Below are positions 32,401 through 45,756 of a DNA stretch of 64,000 nt, piece by piece (position 1 is the first letter of the stretch; every line of letters starts with the position of its first letter). Origin of the DNA: Eledone cirrhosa. Taxonomy: Eukaryota. The stretch spans positions 1 through 64,000 of the forward strand of contig CAXHJY010001456.1 of NCBI GenBank assembly GCA_964016885.1, in the 5' to 3' direction. The notes beneath the pieces are model-generated. The model did no database searches, had not been told where the DNA came from, and saw only the letters and a program-made list of their open reading frames with translations. Both the position numbers and the translations under genes were made by a program.

Positions 32401-33707
32401 GGTAAGGGTAATATAGGCCAGTGTCAAGATTAAGAGATACATCCAAGAAATTAGCTAGTTTGATACTATTATCAAATTCAATTTTTAGGTTATGTTGGTT
32501 AAAGAGATTACGTATATTGTTCTTAATAATATTAAGGTTAACTATATTGCAATTTAGGATAGTAAAGAGTCCATCGTCACGATAAATTCCACCGCGAAGT
32601 TGAGGAATTTTCCGACTCAAAGAGTTCAAAATGAAGATACCAATTAAATCAGTCAATTGGGATGAATCGGATGCTCCCATTGTGATGTCGAAGTTGTTAG
32701 AGGTATCGGTTCTGGTCCAATATTCGTTGTTGAACTCTAGGATGGTTTTACGTGCGGTGAGGATGATGTGAAGTTCATCTGTGGTGATGTCAGAATATTT
32801 AAGTGCGAAAGATAGAGCATTATTGAGAAGTGAAGGCGAAATGGAGGAATAGTAGCTGGCAATATCAAATTGAATAAATTTTAGTTTGTTTTTATTATCC
32901 AATTTGTTGAACCAGCCAATCACTTCAGAAGTACCAAACCATAAATTTAGGTTCAAAGAAGAGCAATTAGAACTAATCTGTGGGTTAATTCTATCCAAGA
33001 TGGCTTTACTAATTCCCTTCGTTAATTTTCAAATTCCTTTAATTTATACATTATCTTCCAACGGTTCCCAACCTCTCTATGTTAAAACAATATATCTTTT
33101 TCTCAGTTATAAAAACTATCTCTTTCTCTCTATCACCCATCTCTCCCTCTCCACCTTCACTCTCATCTTCTCCCCCTTTTTTTCACCCCCCCCCTCCCTA
33201 AATAAAATATTTTATCCTCGCACATATCCTCCCTTCGTTAATTTTCAAAATTTTTAATTTATACAGTATCTTCCAACGGTTTTCAACCTCTCTATGTAAA
33301 AAATATATCTCCTCTCAGTTATAAAAACTATCTCTTTCTCTCTATCACCCATCTCTCCCTCTCATCTCCTTCCCTTTTCATCCTTTCCACCCCCCCTCTC
33401 TAAATAAAATATTTTTCCCAATATCACACATCAATCTAAAACCACTTTTCATATGTTGATTTAAAACTGCATTATCCACAAGTGTTTTTTAGCCTTCATA
33501 TCATGTTCTCCTGTTTTATCTGATGAAAACACAAATATAATTGCATGATGATGTTTGTTTTTGAAATGCGCATAATAAAATATATGGAACTCCTTTAACC
33601 ATCTTTTGATCTTATATTATGCATACTCCAGTCCTACAAACTGTAGAGTGCTTCTTATCCGATATCTGCATTGCTTTATTTACTACAATAAAACTCACCT
33701 CCTACAT
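29474..33707. mobile_element. PLE family G composite: + pLTR fragment (29474-30138), - copy (30139-33005), inverted + pLTR and tail (33006-33707)
   Basis: Direct and inverted matches to 18480-19870. ORF on the minus strand. Confidence 0.9.
31250..32998 (-). CDS. 5'-truncated PLE polyprotein (RT plus GIY-YIG), Naiad-like motif pattern
   Basis: IQFDIASYY, ITMGASDS, IYRDD, NFLDV, KFSYS, CNCR..CPL..CL, LIYEC..YFGST..R..H and CNLC..EK..N.R..CLH. No internal stops. The clade assignment is from motif recall only. Confidence 0.88.
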   Translation of the reverse strand: MDRINPQISSNCSSLNLNLWFGTSEVIGWFNKLDNKNKLKFIQFDIASYYSSISPSLLNNALSFALKYSDITTDELHIILTARKTILEFNNEYWTRTDTSNNFDITMGASDSSQLTDLIGIFILNSLSRKIPQLRGGIYRDDGLFTILNCNIVNLNIIKNNIRNLFNQHNLKIEFDNSIKLANFLDVSLNLDTGLYYPYHKNNENLNYVNFKSNHPTNIKNAIVNNIGNRISNISSNKNIFDANANYYNNALSKAGYPDKIKYNKETNSRKTYSRIINHDHSNNFNKRPRYKNIIWYNAPFSISINNNIPKLFFSALNKCFPPSHIYSKIFNKHTIKFSYSTSSNISNIISKHNNKILNTKYLPSNIEFHNNSNSTPDVIVNPRLTSVNPNTTSNTTSLNVHNPTLNQETIIPIIPIANNFSNPIPSIDNTRSLINNLSNCNCRIKNKCPLNNHCLDKNLIYECKIITSTNSFTYFGSTSTSFKARLYNHHSSFKYKLKRTNTALSELIWSLKDKNIKYTIFWKKISSASSYLNSSLSKICNLCLNEKFTIISNLDSIINRRTDLFSICLHKFHRTFHKVYS

Positions 33708-33726
33708 ATATATATTTATATATATT

Positions 33727-33886
<160 letters not shown>

Positions 33887-34004
33887 CATATATATATATA
33901 TTTATATATATATATATATTTATATATGTATATATATATATTTATTTATATATATATATTTATATATATATATATTTATATATATATATATATTTATATA
34001 TATA

Positions 34005-35937
34005 TGCAAAAGTTTTATTTAAGATTGTTGGGTTACAACGAGTAAATATTTTATAACTGATATAAAAGCACTCAACAGTTTCTGGAGTAGGTTTACGATA
34101 TTAAACAAATGGAAACTATATTTATAAAACCATATTTATTTCGTTATATATATTTCTGGGATATCATATTAAATATATGGTATGCCTTCCTCAGACAAAA
34201 TACAATACATAAGCTGTTTTATAAATAATTATTGACATACCTTATAATAATGCAACTTCCATTTAAAAAGTTGATTTGGTAGTGAAACTGTTATGACAGT
34301 TATATAGAAAGAAAAACGAAGATGAGAAGAAGAAGATGAAGAGATGTATGTAAATAAAAATAAAAAAAAGAAGAAGATGAAGAGATGTATGTAAAGAAAA
34401 ACAACAGAGCGAGATAGAGAGACAAGGAGATATGGGAGAGAGAAATACATTGAGGAAGTGAAAAAATATAGTAAGCAGCTTTTGGACAGATGATCATCGT
34501 ATATGTGAGAGGTTAAGGAGGGAAGGGATACAGTTAAACTAGCCGACACATAAATCACGTCCAGTGTATAGGAGAAAAAGAAAGAAAGATGATATATTTA
34601 AAATATATTAAAAATATATTATGTCTCATCCATTTGAATTATCAATTTTTATGAATTAGGTATTATAATGTAAATATCAGTATTCATGAATGAGACAAAT
34701 ATCCATAATGTGTGAAAAAATCTTTTGAATAAATTTTTAAGCTGGATAAACTTCTATAATAAATATAAGAGCATTTGTAGAATAAGTTTTGATTGATTTC
34801 TGCTAAATAAGGCTTGGTGAACAATCTTGGTTTTGTTTGCTTTTGATTCTGATTTTATGTGACCGATATGCGTGGCATACTATGTTCTCTTGCGTCCCTA
34901 GATACTCTGTGGAGTCACGAAGATATTCTTGGCATTTTTAATTTTTAATATTGATATCTGTTGTCTACTCTATGCTTGATCGATAATCATGCAAGTGAGG
35001 CTGGAATGTTATTTTAAATGTTAATGTATATCTTATATATTTTATGTCTATATATATGTATATATGTATGTAAATGTATGTAGGGTGGAATCTTTTGTAA
35101 CGCAATGAAGTTTTTCATGAAATATAAGAATCTGTGGAGCATATCACATAGGTTCACAGGTGTGTCTATATTTATCAACTTTAATTTGAGATAACCTTCT
35201 CTTTTCTCTTTTTTTCTCTTTTTCTTTTTTCACGAGAATGCATATATACTTATGTTTGAAGTTTTATCTCAGATTTTGCTTATAGACCTAAGAATTTTTA
35301 AACTAAGCATGTGGTCATTTTGTTCACACATTATGGATATGTGTCTCATTCATGAATACTGATATTTACATTATAATACCTAATTCATAAAAATTGATAA
35401 TTCAAATGGATGAGACATAATATATTTTTAATATATTTTAAATATATCATCTTTCTTTCTTTTTCTCCTATACACTGGACGTGATTTATGTGTCAACTAG
35501 TTTAATTGTATCCCTTCCCTCCTTAACCTCTCACATATACGATGATCATCAATCCAAAAGCTGCCTACTATATTTTTTCACTTCCTCAATGTATTTCTCT
35601 CCCATATCTCCTTGTCTCTCTATCTCGCTCTGTTGTTTTTCTTTACATACATCTCTTCATCTTCTTCTTTTTTTATTTTTATTTACATACATCACTTCAT
35701 CTTCTTCTCATCTTCGTTTTTCTTTCTATATAACTGTCATAACAGTTTCACTACCAAATCAACTTTTTAAATGGAAGTTGCATTATTATAAGGTATGTCA
35801 ATAATTATTTATAAAACAGCTTATGTATTGTATTTTGTCTGAGGAAGGCATACCATATATTTAATATGATATCCCAGAAATATATATAACGAAATAAATA
35901 TGGTTTTATAAATATAGTTTCCATTTGTTTAATATCG

Positions 35938-35938
<1 letters not shown>
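34005..35938. mobile_element. Non-autonomous family E element with ~620-bp inverted pLTR-like arms around a ~600-bp core
   Basis: ~34096-34715 is an inverted repeat of ~35324-35938. Each arm carries an HHR facing outward. Confidence 0.85.
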
Positions 35939-36010
<72 letters not shown>

Positions 36011-36013
36011 ATT

Positions 36014-36046
<33 letters not shown>

Positions 36047-36065
36047 ATTTATATATATATATATT

Positions 36066-36330
<265 letters not shown>

Positions 36331-36333
36331 ATT

Positions 36334-36369
<36 letters not shown>

Positions 36370-36924
36370 TCGTTTCTGAATTTGTTTAGCAAGATTCTTT
36401 ATCTGAAATCGTGTGTTGAAACCGATATTGTTATACTTTGGGAGGGTCATGTTGCCAATAAGAAACACACGCACCAGTTGCTTTCACTTCAATTTATTAT
36501 ATATTTATAAATTTACAAATCTACAAACTTATAAGTTTCTGGTTGGTTAGTTGGTTCCACAACCAGATAGTTGTTTATATATAGTCATAGTCCTTTCGTC
36601 ACACACTCTGTGACCTCTTCAGTGACTGGGGATTCCTTTCTTTGTTTCTGTGCCTTTCCTTTCTTCTATACTACGCCATTTTGTTTCTGTGTGTGTGTTG
36701 TGTGCTCAGTTTGCGCATGTGCCACATCCGGGTGTCTGTGTGTGTTTGTGTTCATTTATCTATTTGTTTATTTATTTATTTATTGTTGGTTGGTTGTTTG
36801 TTCTATGTGTGTGTGTGTTTTCATTTTGTCCTGTGTGTGTTTTCATTTTGTCCTTAATTGTAAGTTGTTTGTTCTATGTGTGTGTGTGTTTTCATTTTGT
36901 CCTGTGTGTGTTTTCATTTTGTCC

Positions 36925-39627
36925 TTAATTGTAAGTTGTGATGTTGCTGTTCCACTCATATTTTCTATTTAATTTTGGTTTTAATTCTTTTATGCTTACT
37001 GCCTCTGTAATTTGCCTAAACATTGCGTCTTTTCTGTGTGTGGATTCTATTTTTATTTCTATGCTCTCTAATCTACCCCTGTGTTCTATCTTAGCATGTT
37101 GGTATAGTACAGATGATTCTTTATTATCTTGAAGGTCTCGACAGTGTTCATTTATCCGTTCCCCTATACTACGAGCTGTCTCACCTATGTACACTATACT
37201 TTTGTTTCTACATTGTCCTTCAGTACATCTTATGCTATACACTACATTTCTAGTTTTACAGTTAATGTGGGGGCTTATTTTACAGGTTATACATTTCTTA
37301 TCTATACATGAGGGTCTTTGGAACGGGTATGTCTTGCTAATAAGTGTTTTTACGGAGGTACCTGGTCTTTCTACTATCTTAATATTGAGATTATGTTTAT
37401 TTAGGGCCCTTCTAAATTTATAGGCTAGTTCGCCTCTAGGGGTTGTATTGATGAACATTACACTCTGGTATTTATTGCTATCATACCATGAGTTTATTCT
37501 ATTGGCCTTGTTCCTAGTTCTTTCTATTCTATTCCAAAATTTGCTCCTATACAAGGGGCGGGTCCCATTTATGTCATTATTTATGATTTTTTCCCATTTG
37601 GTTCTGGCTCCTTTATGCACTCTGATTCTATCTCTCTGATTGTAGCCAGAGAACTGCATACGGTGGATGAAGTGTTGTATGTGTCTCTCTAGTTCTTCAG
37701 GGTTGCACATGCGGGACACATTTCTCATCACCCGTACCAAATCCGCAATCAGTATGTTGATTTTGGTATGGTCCGAAGTGGCCGAGTTTCGGTGGATCAG
37801 ATGTTTGGAAGTCATGGGTTTGGCATAAAGGGAATGGAGGATTTGTTTTTGGTTGTTAATGGTATCTAACCAGAGCTCTGTGTCTAGTACAGGTAATTGA
37901 TGATTGAGGTCTCTACTTGGGTAGTCTATAGTAACTCTAATGCTCTGGTGGATGGAGTTTGCTATTTGCTGGATGCTTTCCATTGTGTTTTTCTCTAGTT
38001 CCTGACTGTTCTTTAGTGGGGGTGTCTTAACTACGATGTTTATATCATCTACGTAGCGGGAGTACATTATCAGGGTTAAGCTGTCTTCTAATAGTTCATT
38101 AAGTTTTTGTTTAAGTCTACTGTCCCACCATACCATGAATAAGTTAGCTATGTCGCCTGCAATGCTAACACCAATGGCTGCTCCTTCCTCTTGGGCATAT
38201 GTTTTACCATTAAATTTGAACATATGTTCCTTAAGGGTTAATTTTATGCTGGCCCCTACCGCATGTGCAATCATTTTCTTCAGTTCATCGTGGTTTTCGG
38301 CTGTCCGTATGGCTCTGGTCCACCCGTTCCATCTATCTGTGTGGGTTTTCTTGGCCATTGAGGTAATGGTAGGTGGTCTGCCTCTTGCTGGTCTTGTAGG
38401 GCACAGGTTGCTAAGGTCATAAGTGTCTAGGTAACTATTACTATGGGTAAGCTTAAGTAGAAGTCCCAGCTCACTGGTATCAATCCCACGGAACTCAACT
38501 TTGCTCTCGCTGATCATTTCTACGCATTTCTCCACACCAAAATCCACGTCAATAGATGGATACAGGGACACAACATCCATACTGCCTATTATGCAGTTTG
38601 TTAGGTCCCCAAATCGGTTACCCGCGCCGATTTTCCTGAGGAGGTCCTCCGTGCTGTCACACACATCTGGGGACATCTCAATGATGGGGCGTATGATCAG
38701 GGAGAGGAAGTAGGACAGTCTGTAGTTACTAGCAATGTTAGCCCCACAGACCGGCCGTGTTGGTGGTCCCGCGACAGGGTCCCAGCCCGTTTTATGGTCT
38801 TTTCGAAGCCCATACAACGCCGGCACGTCATTGTTCCAGGCCTGGAAGTTGTTGGCAGTCCTTTTGTTGGGCTGCATTATATTCGTCCACATCACCATAT
38901 GGGCATTGAGGGCTTTTTCTCTATCCTCATGCTCCTGTGGTGTTACCTCTCTTGTGTTAGTGATGTGGGGTTGCATTGCCTGGATGTAGTTTGGCAGGCT
39001 GTCAACCGACATTCTGCCAGACTTGTCTGTTGGAAAACATGCTATCTCTCCATTACGCGAGCGCTGCATGAGCTTACGCAAGCCATTTGCAGATTCTTCT
39101 CCCAGTTGCTGGGCCTCTATTCTATTATGCTTATTGCTATACTGTTCTATAATATTTCTAAGTTCGGATTTAGCTATACTAAATTGTGCTTCTGTTTGTT
39201 CATCGACCTGCGACGGCAACTGCGTGCGTTTGTTAAATGGCAAAGTCGTGGCGTGGACTCGTCGTAGGTCGAATGATTTATCGGAGGGGTTATAAAACGG
39301 AGAGTTCCAGGCTGCTGCTTTATGTGTACTAGTGCTATTATTATTGTTAGTTGTGTTGTTTCTATTTCTATTTCCACCAACAGCCTCATGGTTGTTTCTA
39401 TGTCTCTCATAATTACTCCTGTCTCTTTCCACTGGCTCAATGTTATTATCTACCCTATTTTGTGTGTCTGTGTGTTCGTCTTGGTTATTCTCTTTGTCCT
39501 TAGTCTCCCATCTCCTTTTCCTTTTAATCCTATTACTTTCTCTTATTTCTCTGATTTCTGTGCTACTGTCATTACTTGTTTTCTGTGTCTGTGTGTTTGT
39601 TAAGATTGTGGTGTTGGTGAGAGGCAT
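36925..39627 (-). CDS. PLE RT-GIY-YIG polyprotein, 900 aa open; the N-terminal part continues in another frame to ~40140
   Basis: DKSG, YVDD and GIY-YIG motifs are intact. The upstream frame has LPPKFA..EIEK..KLRW, followed by an Asn-rich repeat where the frame shifts. Confidence 0.9.
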   Translation of the reverse strand: MPLTNTTILTNTQTQKTSNDSSTEIREIRESNRIKRKRRWETKDKENNQDEHTDTQNRVDNNIEPVERDRSNYERHRNNHEAVGGNRNRNNTTNNNNSTSTHKAAAWNSPFYNPSDKSFDLRRVHATTLPFNKRTQLPSQVDEQTEAQFSIAKSELRNIIEQYSNKHNRIEAQQLGEESANGLRKLMQRSRNGEIACFPTDKSGRMSVDSLPNYIQAMQPHITNTREVTPQEHEDREKALNAHMVMWTNIMQPNKRTANNFQAWNNDVPALYGLRKDHKTGWDPVAGPPTRPVCGANIASNYRLSYFLSLIIRPIIEMSPDVCDSTEDLLRKIGAGNRFGDLTNCIIGSMDVVSLYPSIDVDFGVEKCVEMISESKVEFRGIDTSELGLLLKLTHSNSYLDTYDLSNLCPTRPARGRPPTITSMAKKTHTDRWNGWTRAIRTAENHDELKKMIAHAVGASIKLTLKEHMFKFNGKTYAQEEGAAIGVSIAGDIANLFMVWWDSRLKQKLNELLEDSLTLIMYSRYVDDINIVVKTPPLKNSQELEKNTMESIQQIANSIHQSIRVTIDYPSRDLNHQLPVLDTELWLDTINNQKQILHSLYAKPMTSKHLIHRNSATSDHTKINILIADLVRVMRNVSRMCNPEELERHIQHFIHRMQFSGYNQRDRIRVHKGARTKWEKIINNDINGTRPLYRSKFWNRIERTRNKANRINSWYDSNKYQSVMFINTTPRGELAYKFRRALNKHNLNIKIVERPGTSVKTLISKTYPFQRPSCIDKKCITCKISPHINCKTRNVVYSIRCTEGQCRNKSIVYIGETARSIGERINEHCRDLQDNKESSVLYQHAKIEHRGRLESIEIKIESTHRKDAMFRQITEAVSIKELKPKLNRKYEWNSNITTYN

Positions 39628-40164
39628 TGAATGCGTGTGTTGTTGTTGTTGATGTGTGTTGTTGTTGATGTGTGTTGTTGTTGATGTGTGTTGTTGTCTC
39701 CGTGTGTGTTATCGTTGTTGTGTGTGTTATTATTGTTGTTTGTGTCTGCGTGTCTGTTGTTGTTGTATCTGGGTATGTTGCTATTGTTGTTGTTGTTGGT
39801 GTGTGTGTTGTTATTGCTGTTTGTGTCTGCGTGTCTGTTGTTGTTGTATCTGGGTATGTTGCTATTGTTGTTGTTGTTGTTGATGTGTGTGTTGTTGTTA
39901 TTGTTGTTTGTGTCTGTGTGTCTGTTGTTGTTGAGATGTGTGTTGTATATGTGTGTGCGTATATTGTTGCTTTTGTTTTTGATGCTCCAGCGTAGTTTTG
40001 TAAATGATTTTTCTATTTCTGACAGACAACTAATCATATTTACCTTCTTGAATGTCGCAAATTTGGGTGGCAGACATAACACAGACATTTCATTATTATC
40101 TATTTCCGTGTTTCCATAAATGTTGGTATTTTCGTTGTTGAACCAAAAGACCATAAGACCAAAA

Positions 40165-42037
40165 TACCATAAAACGGGCTGGGACCCTGTCGCGGGACCA
40201 CCAACAAAGCCAGTCTGTGGGGATAACATTGCTAATAACTACAGACTGTCCTACTTCCTCTCCCTGATCATACGCCCCATCATTGAGATGTCCCCAGATG
40301 TGTGTGACAGCACGGAGGACCTCCTCAGGAGAATCGGCGCGGGTAACCGATCTGGGGACCTAACAAACTGCATAATAGGCAGTATGGATGTTGTGTCCCT
40401 GTATCCATCTATTGACGTGGATTTTGGTGTGGAGAAATGCGTAGAAATGATCAGCGAGAGCAAAGTTGAGTTCCGTGGGATTGATACCAGTGAGCTGGGA
40501 CTTCTACTTAAGCTTACCCATAGTAATAGTTACCTAGACACTTATGACCTTAGCAACCTGTGCCCTACAAGACCAGCAAGAGGCAGACCACCTACCATTA
40601 CCTCAATGGCCAAGAAAACCCACACAGATAGATGGAACGGGTGGACCAGAGCCATACGGACAGCCGAAAACCACGATGAACTGAAGAAAATGATTGCACA
40701 TGCGGTAGGGGCCAGCATAAAATTAACCCTTAAGGAACATATGTTCAAATTTAATGGTAAAACATATGCCCAAGAGGAAGGAGCAGCCATTGGTGTTAGC
40801 ATTGCAGGCGACATAGCTAACTTATTCATGGTATGGTGGGACAGTAGACTTAAACAAAAACTTAATGAACTATTAGAAGACAGCTTAACCCTGATAATGT
40901 ACTCCCGCTACGTAGATGATATAAACATCGTAGTTAAGACACCCCCACTAAAGAATAGTCAGGAACTAGAGAAAAACACAATGGAAAGCATCCAGCAAAT
41001 AGCAAACTCTATCCACCAGATCATTAGAGTTACTATAGACTACCCAAGTAGACACCCCAACAATCGATTACCTGTACTAGACACAGAGCTCTGGTTAGAT
41101 ACCATTAACAACCAAAAACAAATCCTCCATTCCCATTATGCCAAACCCATGATTTCCAAACATCTGATCCACCGAAACTCGGCCACTTCGGACCATACCA
41201 AAATCAACATACTGATTGCGGATTTGGTACGGGTGATGAGAAATGTGTCCCGCATGTGCAACCCCGAAGAACTAGAGAGACACATACAACACTTCATCCA
41301 CCGTATGCAGTTCTCTGGCTACAATCAGAGAGATAGAATCAGAGTGTATAGAGGAGCCAGAACCAAATGGGAAAAAATGGTAAATAATGACATAAATGGG
41401 ACCTGCCCCTTGTATAGGAGCAAATTTTGGAATAGAATAGAAAGACTAGGAACAAGGCGAATAGAATAAACTCATGGTATGATAGCAATAAATACCAGAG
41501 TGTAATGTTCATCAATACAACCCCTAGAGGCGAACTAGCCTACAAATTTAGAAGGGCCCTAAATAAACATAAACTCAATATTAAGATAGTAGAAAGACCA
41601 GGTACCTCCGTAAAACACTTATTAGCAAGACATACCCGTTCCAAAGACCCTCATGTATAGATAAGAAATGTATAACCTGTAAAATAAGCCCCCATATTAA
41701 CTGTAAAACTAGAAATGTAGTGTATAGCATAAGATGTACTGATGGACAATGTAGAAACAAAAATATAGTGTACATAGGTGAGACAGCTCGTAGTATAGGG
41801 GAACGAATAAATGAACACTGGCGAGACCTTCAAGATAATAAAGAATCATCTGTGCTCTACCAACATGCTAAGATAGAACACAGGGGTAGATTAGAGAACA
41901 TAGAAATAAAAATAGAATCCACACACAGAAAAGATGCAATGTTTAGGCAAATTACAGAGGCAGTAAGCATAAAAGAATTACAACCAAAATTAAATAGAAA
42001 ATATGAGTGGAACAGCAACATCACAACTTACAATTAA
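40165..42037 (+). pseudogene. Frameshifted, 5'-truncated family A polyprotein
   Basis: Frameshifts near 41445 and 41615 relative to sister copies. Confidence 0.88.
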
Positions 42038-42292
42038 GGACAAAATGAAAACACACACACACATAGAACAAACAACCAACCAACAATAAATAAATAAATA
42101 AATAAATAAACAAATAGATAAATGAACACAAACACACACAGACACCCGGATGTGGCGCATGCGCAAACTGAGCACACAACACACACACAGAAACAAAATG
42201 GCGTAGGATAGAAGAAAAGAAAGGCACAGAAACGAAGAAAGGAATCCGCTGGAGAGAACTCGTCCATGGATCTCGGGAATTTTACACGCCTT

Positions 42293-42329
<37 letters not shown>

Positions 42330-42337
<8 letters not shown>

Positions 42338-43368
42338 AAGAATCAAAGAACTGTTCAAAACATTATTGTGCTTACAGCTGTTTCCTCCAAACCGAGGTTT
42401 GGATTCTTCGGAGCAATTTATTAATGCATGGACAGTTAGATGACCTCCTTTTCAGCCGAGAGACATACCGATACATATTCAAACATTGATACATATTCAA
42501 AAATTGGGGGTCAACATTCATTACAGAATTTAGACTGGCAGTACACACTTGGAGATTACATTTATATTAAGAGGTACAATCAAAAATCAAAAATACAGGT
42601 TAAAATACAACATGAAGATAAGCGGTTATATAGTGCAAATGTTATATGTGTGGCACGCATGTGCGTCTTGTTTATATAGTGTGGCAGAGAGATATGTGTG
42701 GTAGAGGCACTTAGGTAGGTAAACAAGAGTGTTAGGTTGGTAGATCTGGTGGTAAATTCTTTATATGATTGATATAGTCTGTGTGTGGAGAAACATTATA
42801 AGCATTAAAAATAGTGCAAGCATTAAAAGTGTTAAAAGTATTGGAGATGCACAGCGCAGGGAAGTCAAGTATTTCATGTACTTCGGCATTTTCATGGTCA
42901 GGGGAGTGTATTTTTCGATTATATGCCCTTCACATAATGCACGACAATCCAGTTAGAGATCGTAGTCTGGTGTTCTTTAGTTCAATACAGGAGGCTGTTA
43001 CGTTTCTAGAAACGCCATTGAATACCGCCCGGAAGTGTGTGTGTGGCTAAGGCGAGTTAATGCATGCGGGGAGGTAACTCTGGGGTTTCTATACCTAGCT
43101 ATTAAAATGTGTCCCAATATAGACCCTAATTTCTAGAGTGATGCGCATCCTCCAAGAGAAATTTTTAAAGCATAAAGTGTATTAACTATAGAGTAGTTTA
43201 ACTAAGTTATGCTGAAGGTGATCATATTATTATGGTGGAATTTACCACCAGATCTACCAACCTAACACTCTTGTTTACCTACCTAAGTGCCTCTACCACA
43301 CATATCTCTCTGCCACACTTTATAAACAAGACGCACATGCGAGCCACACATATAACATTTGCACTATA
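42330..43368. mobile_element. Decayed PLE-like element with an inverted ~130-bp segment and a hammerhead at 42369-42415 (-)
   Basis: ~42628-42760 is an inverted repeat of ~43238-43368. Minus strand reads TGCT-CCGAAGA-aTCCAAAC/ctcg/GTTTGGAg-GAA-ACAGCTGT-A-AGCA (U4>C). Confidence 0.72.
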
Positions 43369-43375
43369 TAAATAT

Positions 43376-43438
<63 letters not shown>

Positions 43439-43653
43439 AATATATATATAAATATATATATATAAATATATATATAAATATATATATATAAATATATAAA
43501 TATATATATAAATATATATATATAAATATATATATAAATATATATATATAAATATATATAAATATATAAATATATATATATATATATATAAATATATATA
43601 AATAATATATAAATATATATATATAATATATAAATATATATATATAATATATA

Positions 43654-43689
<36 letters not shown>

Positions 43690-43988
43690 AATATATATAT
43701 ATAATATATAAATATATATATATAATATATAAATATATATATATAATATATAAATATATATATATAATATATAAATATATATATATAATATATAAATATA
43801 TATATATAATATATAAATATATATATATAAATATATAAATATATATATATAATATATAAATATATATATATAATATATAAATATATAAATATATATATAT
43901 ATAAATATATATATATATAAATATATATATAATATATAAATATATATATAATATATAAATATATATATAAATATATATATAATATATA

Positions 43989-44038
<50 letters not shown>

Positions 44039-44040
44039 AT

Positions 44041-44071
<31 letters not shown>

Positions 44072-44080
44072 ATATATATT

Positions 44081-44112
<32 letters not shown>

Positions 44113-44125
44113 ATATATATATATT

Positions 44126-44181
<56 letters not shown>

Positions 44182-44198
44182 ATAATATATATATATTT

Positions 44199-45477
44199 AA
44201 AAACAAATAACGAAACGAAATTAAATTTCGTTTCGTTTGTAACTCACTTTTGTATGACTGACGCTCAAACAATCAAGTCAAAGATGTACATCCATATATG
44301 TATACTGAAATACTAGTATGTATATGAATACACACACGTATACATATGTAGATGTACCAAGTTTTTTTTTCACTGATCACTTTACTGTGAGTGGCCAGCT
44401 ATTCTGTATGTAAACACACAGACAAACCGGTTTTTAGAGTCATACTGGTTTTTGAGGAAACACCTTTCCTCTATTCCCCAGAAAGCCAGACAAGGAATAT
44501 TGAACTAGTTTCGTTGTTGTTACAACTCATCAGCAATATTTACCTATCTTCCGGCCTCTCTAGAGAATCGTAAAAGCACATATCGCTATATGCTTTTTCT
44601 ATGAAAATTAGTAGTGGGCAGACCAACTTGCATAGAGTGTGAGTAAGTACCGGTTCAACGGAGACGATAAAAACAAATAACGAAACGAAATTAAATTTCG
44701 TTTCGTTTGTAACTCACTTTTGTATGACTGACGCTCAAACAATCAAGTCAAAGATGTACATCCATATATGTATACTGAAATACTAGTATGTATATGAATA
44801 CACACACGTATACATATGTAGATGTACCAAGTTTTTTTTCACTGATCACTTTACTGTGAGTGGCCAGCTATTCTGTATGTAAACACACAGACAAACCGGT
44901 TTTTAGAGTCATACTGGTTTTTGAGGAAACACCTTTCCTCTATTCCCCAGAAAGCCAGACAAGGAATATTGAACTAGTTTCGTTGTTGTTACAACTCATC
45001 AGCAATATTTACCTATCTTCCGGCCTCTCTAGAGAATCGTAAAAGCACATATCGCTATATGCTTTTTCTATGAAAATTAGTAGTGGGCAGACCAACTTGC
45101 ATAGAGTGTGAGTAAGTACCGGTTCAACGGAGACGATAAAAACAAATAACGAAACGAAATTAAAGCGATATGTGCTTTTACGATTCTCTAGAGAGGCCGG
45201 AAGATAGGTAAATATTGCTGATGAGTTGTAACAACAACGAAACTAGTTCAATATTCCTTGTCTGGCTTTCTGGGGAATAGAGGAAAGGTGTTTCCTCAAA
45301 AACCAGTATGACTCTAAAAACCGGTTTGTCTGTGTGTTTACATACAGAATAGCTGGCCACTCACAGTAAAGTGATCAGTGAAAAAAAACTTGGTACATCT
45401 ACATATGTATACGTGTGTGTATTCATATACATACTAGTATTTCAGTATACATATATGGATGTACATCTTTGACTTGA
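44199..45477. mobile_element. Retrozyme-like array of a ~470-bp unit: two units plus a stub, then an inverted partial unit (~45163-45477)
   Basis: Unit starts at 44199, 44669 and 45138. A canonical HHR occurs in each full or partial unit. Confidence 0.88.
45211..45255 (+). ncRNA. Canonical minimal hammerhead (other copies 44496-44540 -, 44965-45009 -)
   Basis: AATATTG-CTGATGA-GTTGT/aaca/ACAAC-GAA-ACTAGT-T-CAATATT. Confidence 0.92.
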
Positions 45478-45487
45478 TATATATATT

Positions 45488-45558
<71 letters not shown>

Positions 45559-45635
45559 ATATATATATAATATATATATAATATATATATAATATATATA
45601 TATATATAATATATATAATATATATATATATATAT

Positions 45636-45668
<33 letters not shown>

Positions 45669-45694
45669 ATATATATATTTATATATATATATAT

Positions 45695-45727
<33 letters not shown>

Positions 45728-45756
45728 AATATATTTATATATATATATATATTTAT

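Larger units (their letters stand above)
36367..42297. mobile_element. Family A head-to-head insertion: long - copy (36367-~40140) fused to a 5'-truncated + copy (~40165-42247)
   Basis: ORF 36925-39627 (-) and ORFs 40120-41469 and 41720-42037 (+) encode the same protein. (TA)n lies on both sides. Confidence 0.93.

Noticed and set aside
34005-35938. MITE or DNA transposon with terminal inverted repeats
   Set aside because: The arms have unequal outer ends, carry HHRs and match pLTR-like ends elsewhere, which fits a PLE inversion better.
44391-45360. 60-aa ORF repeated three times (MASYSVCK...)
   Set aside because: It has a GTG start, lies antisense to the HHR and has no recognisable motif. 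It recurs only because the unit is repeated.
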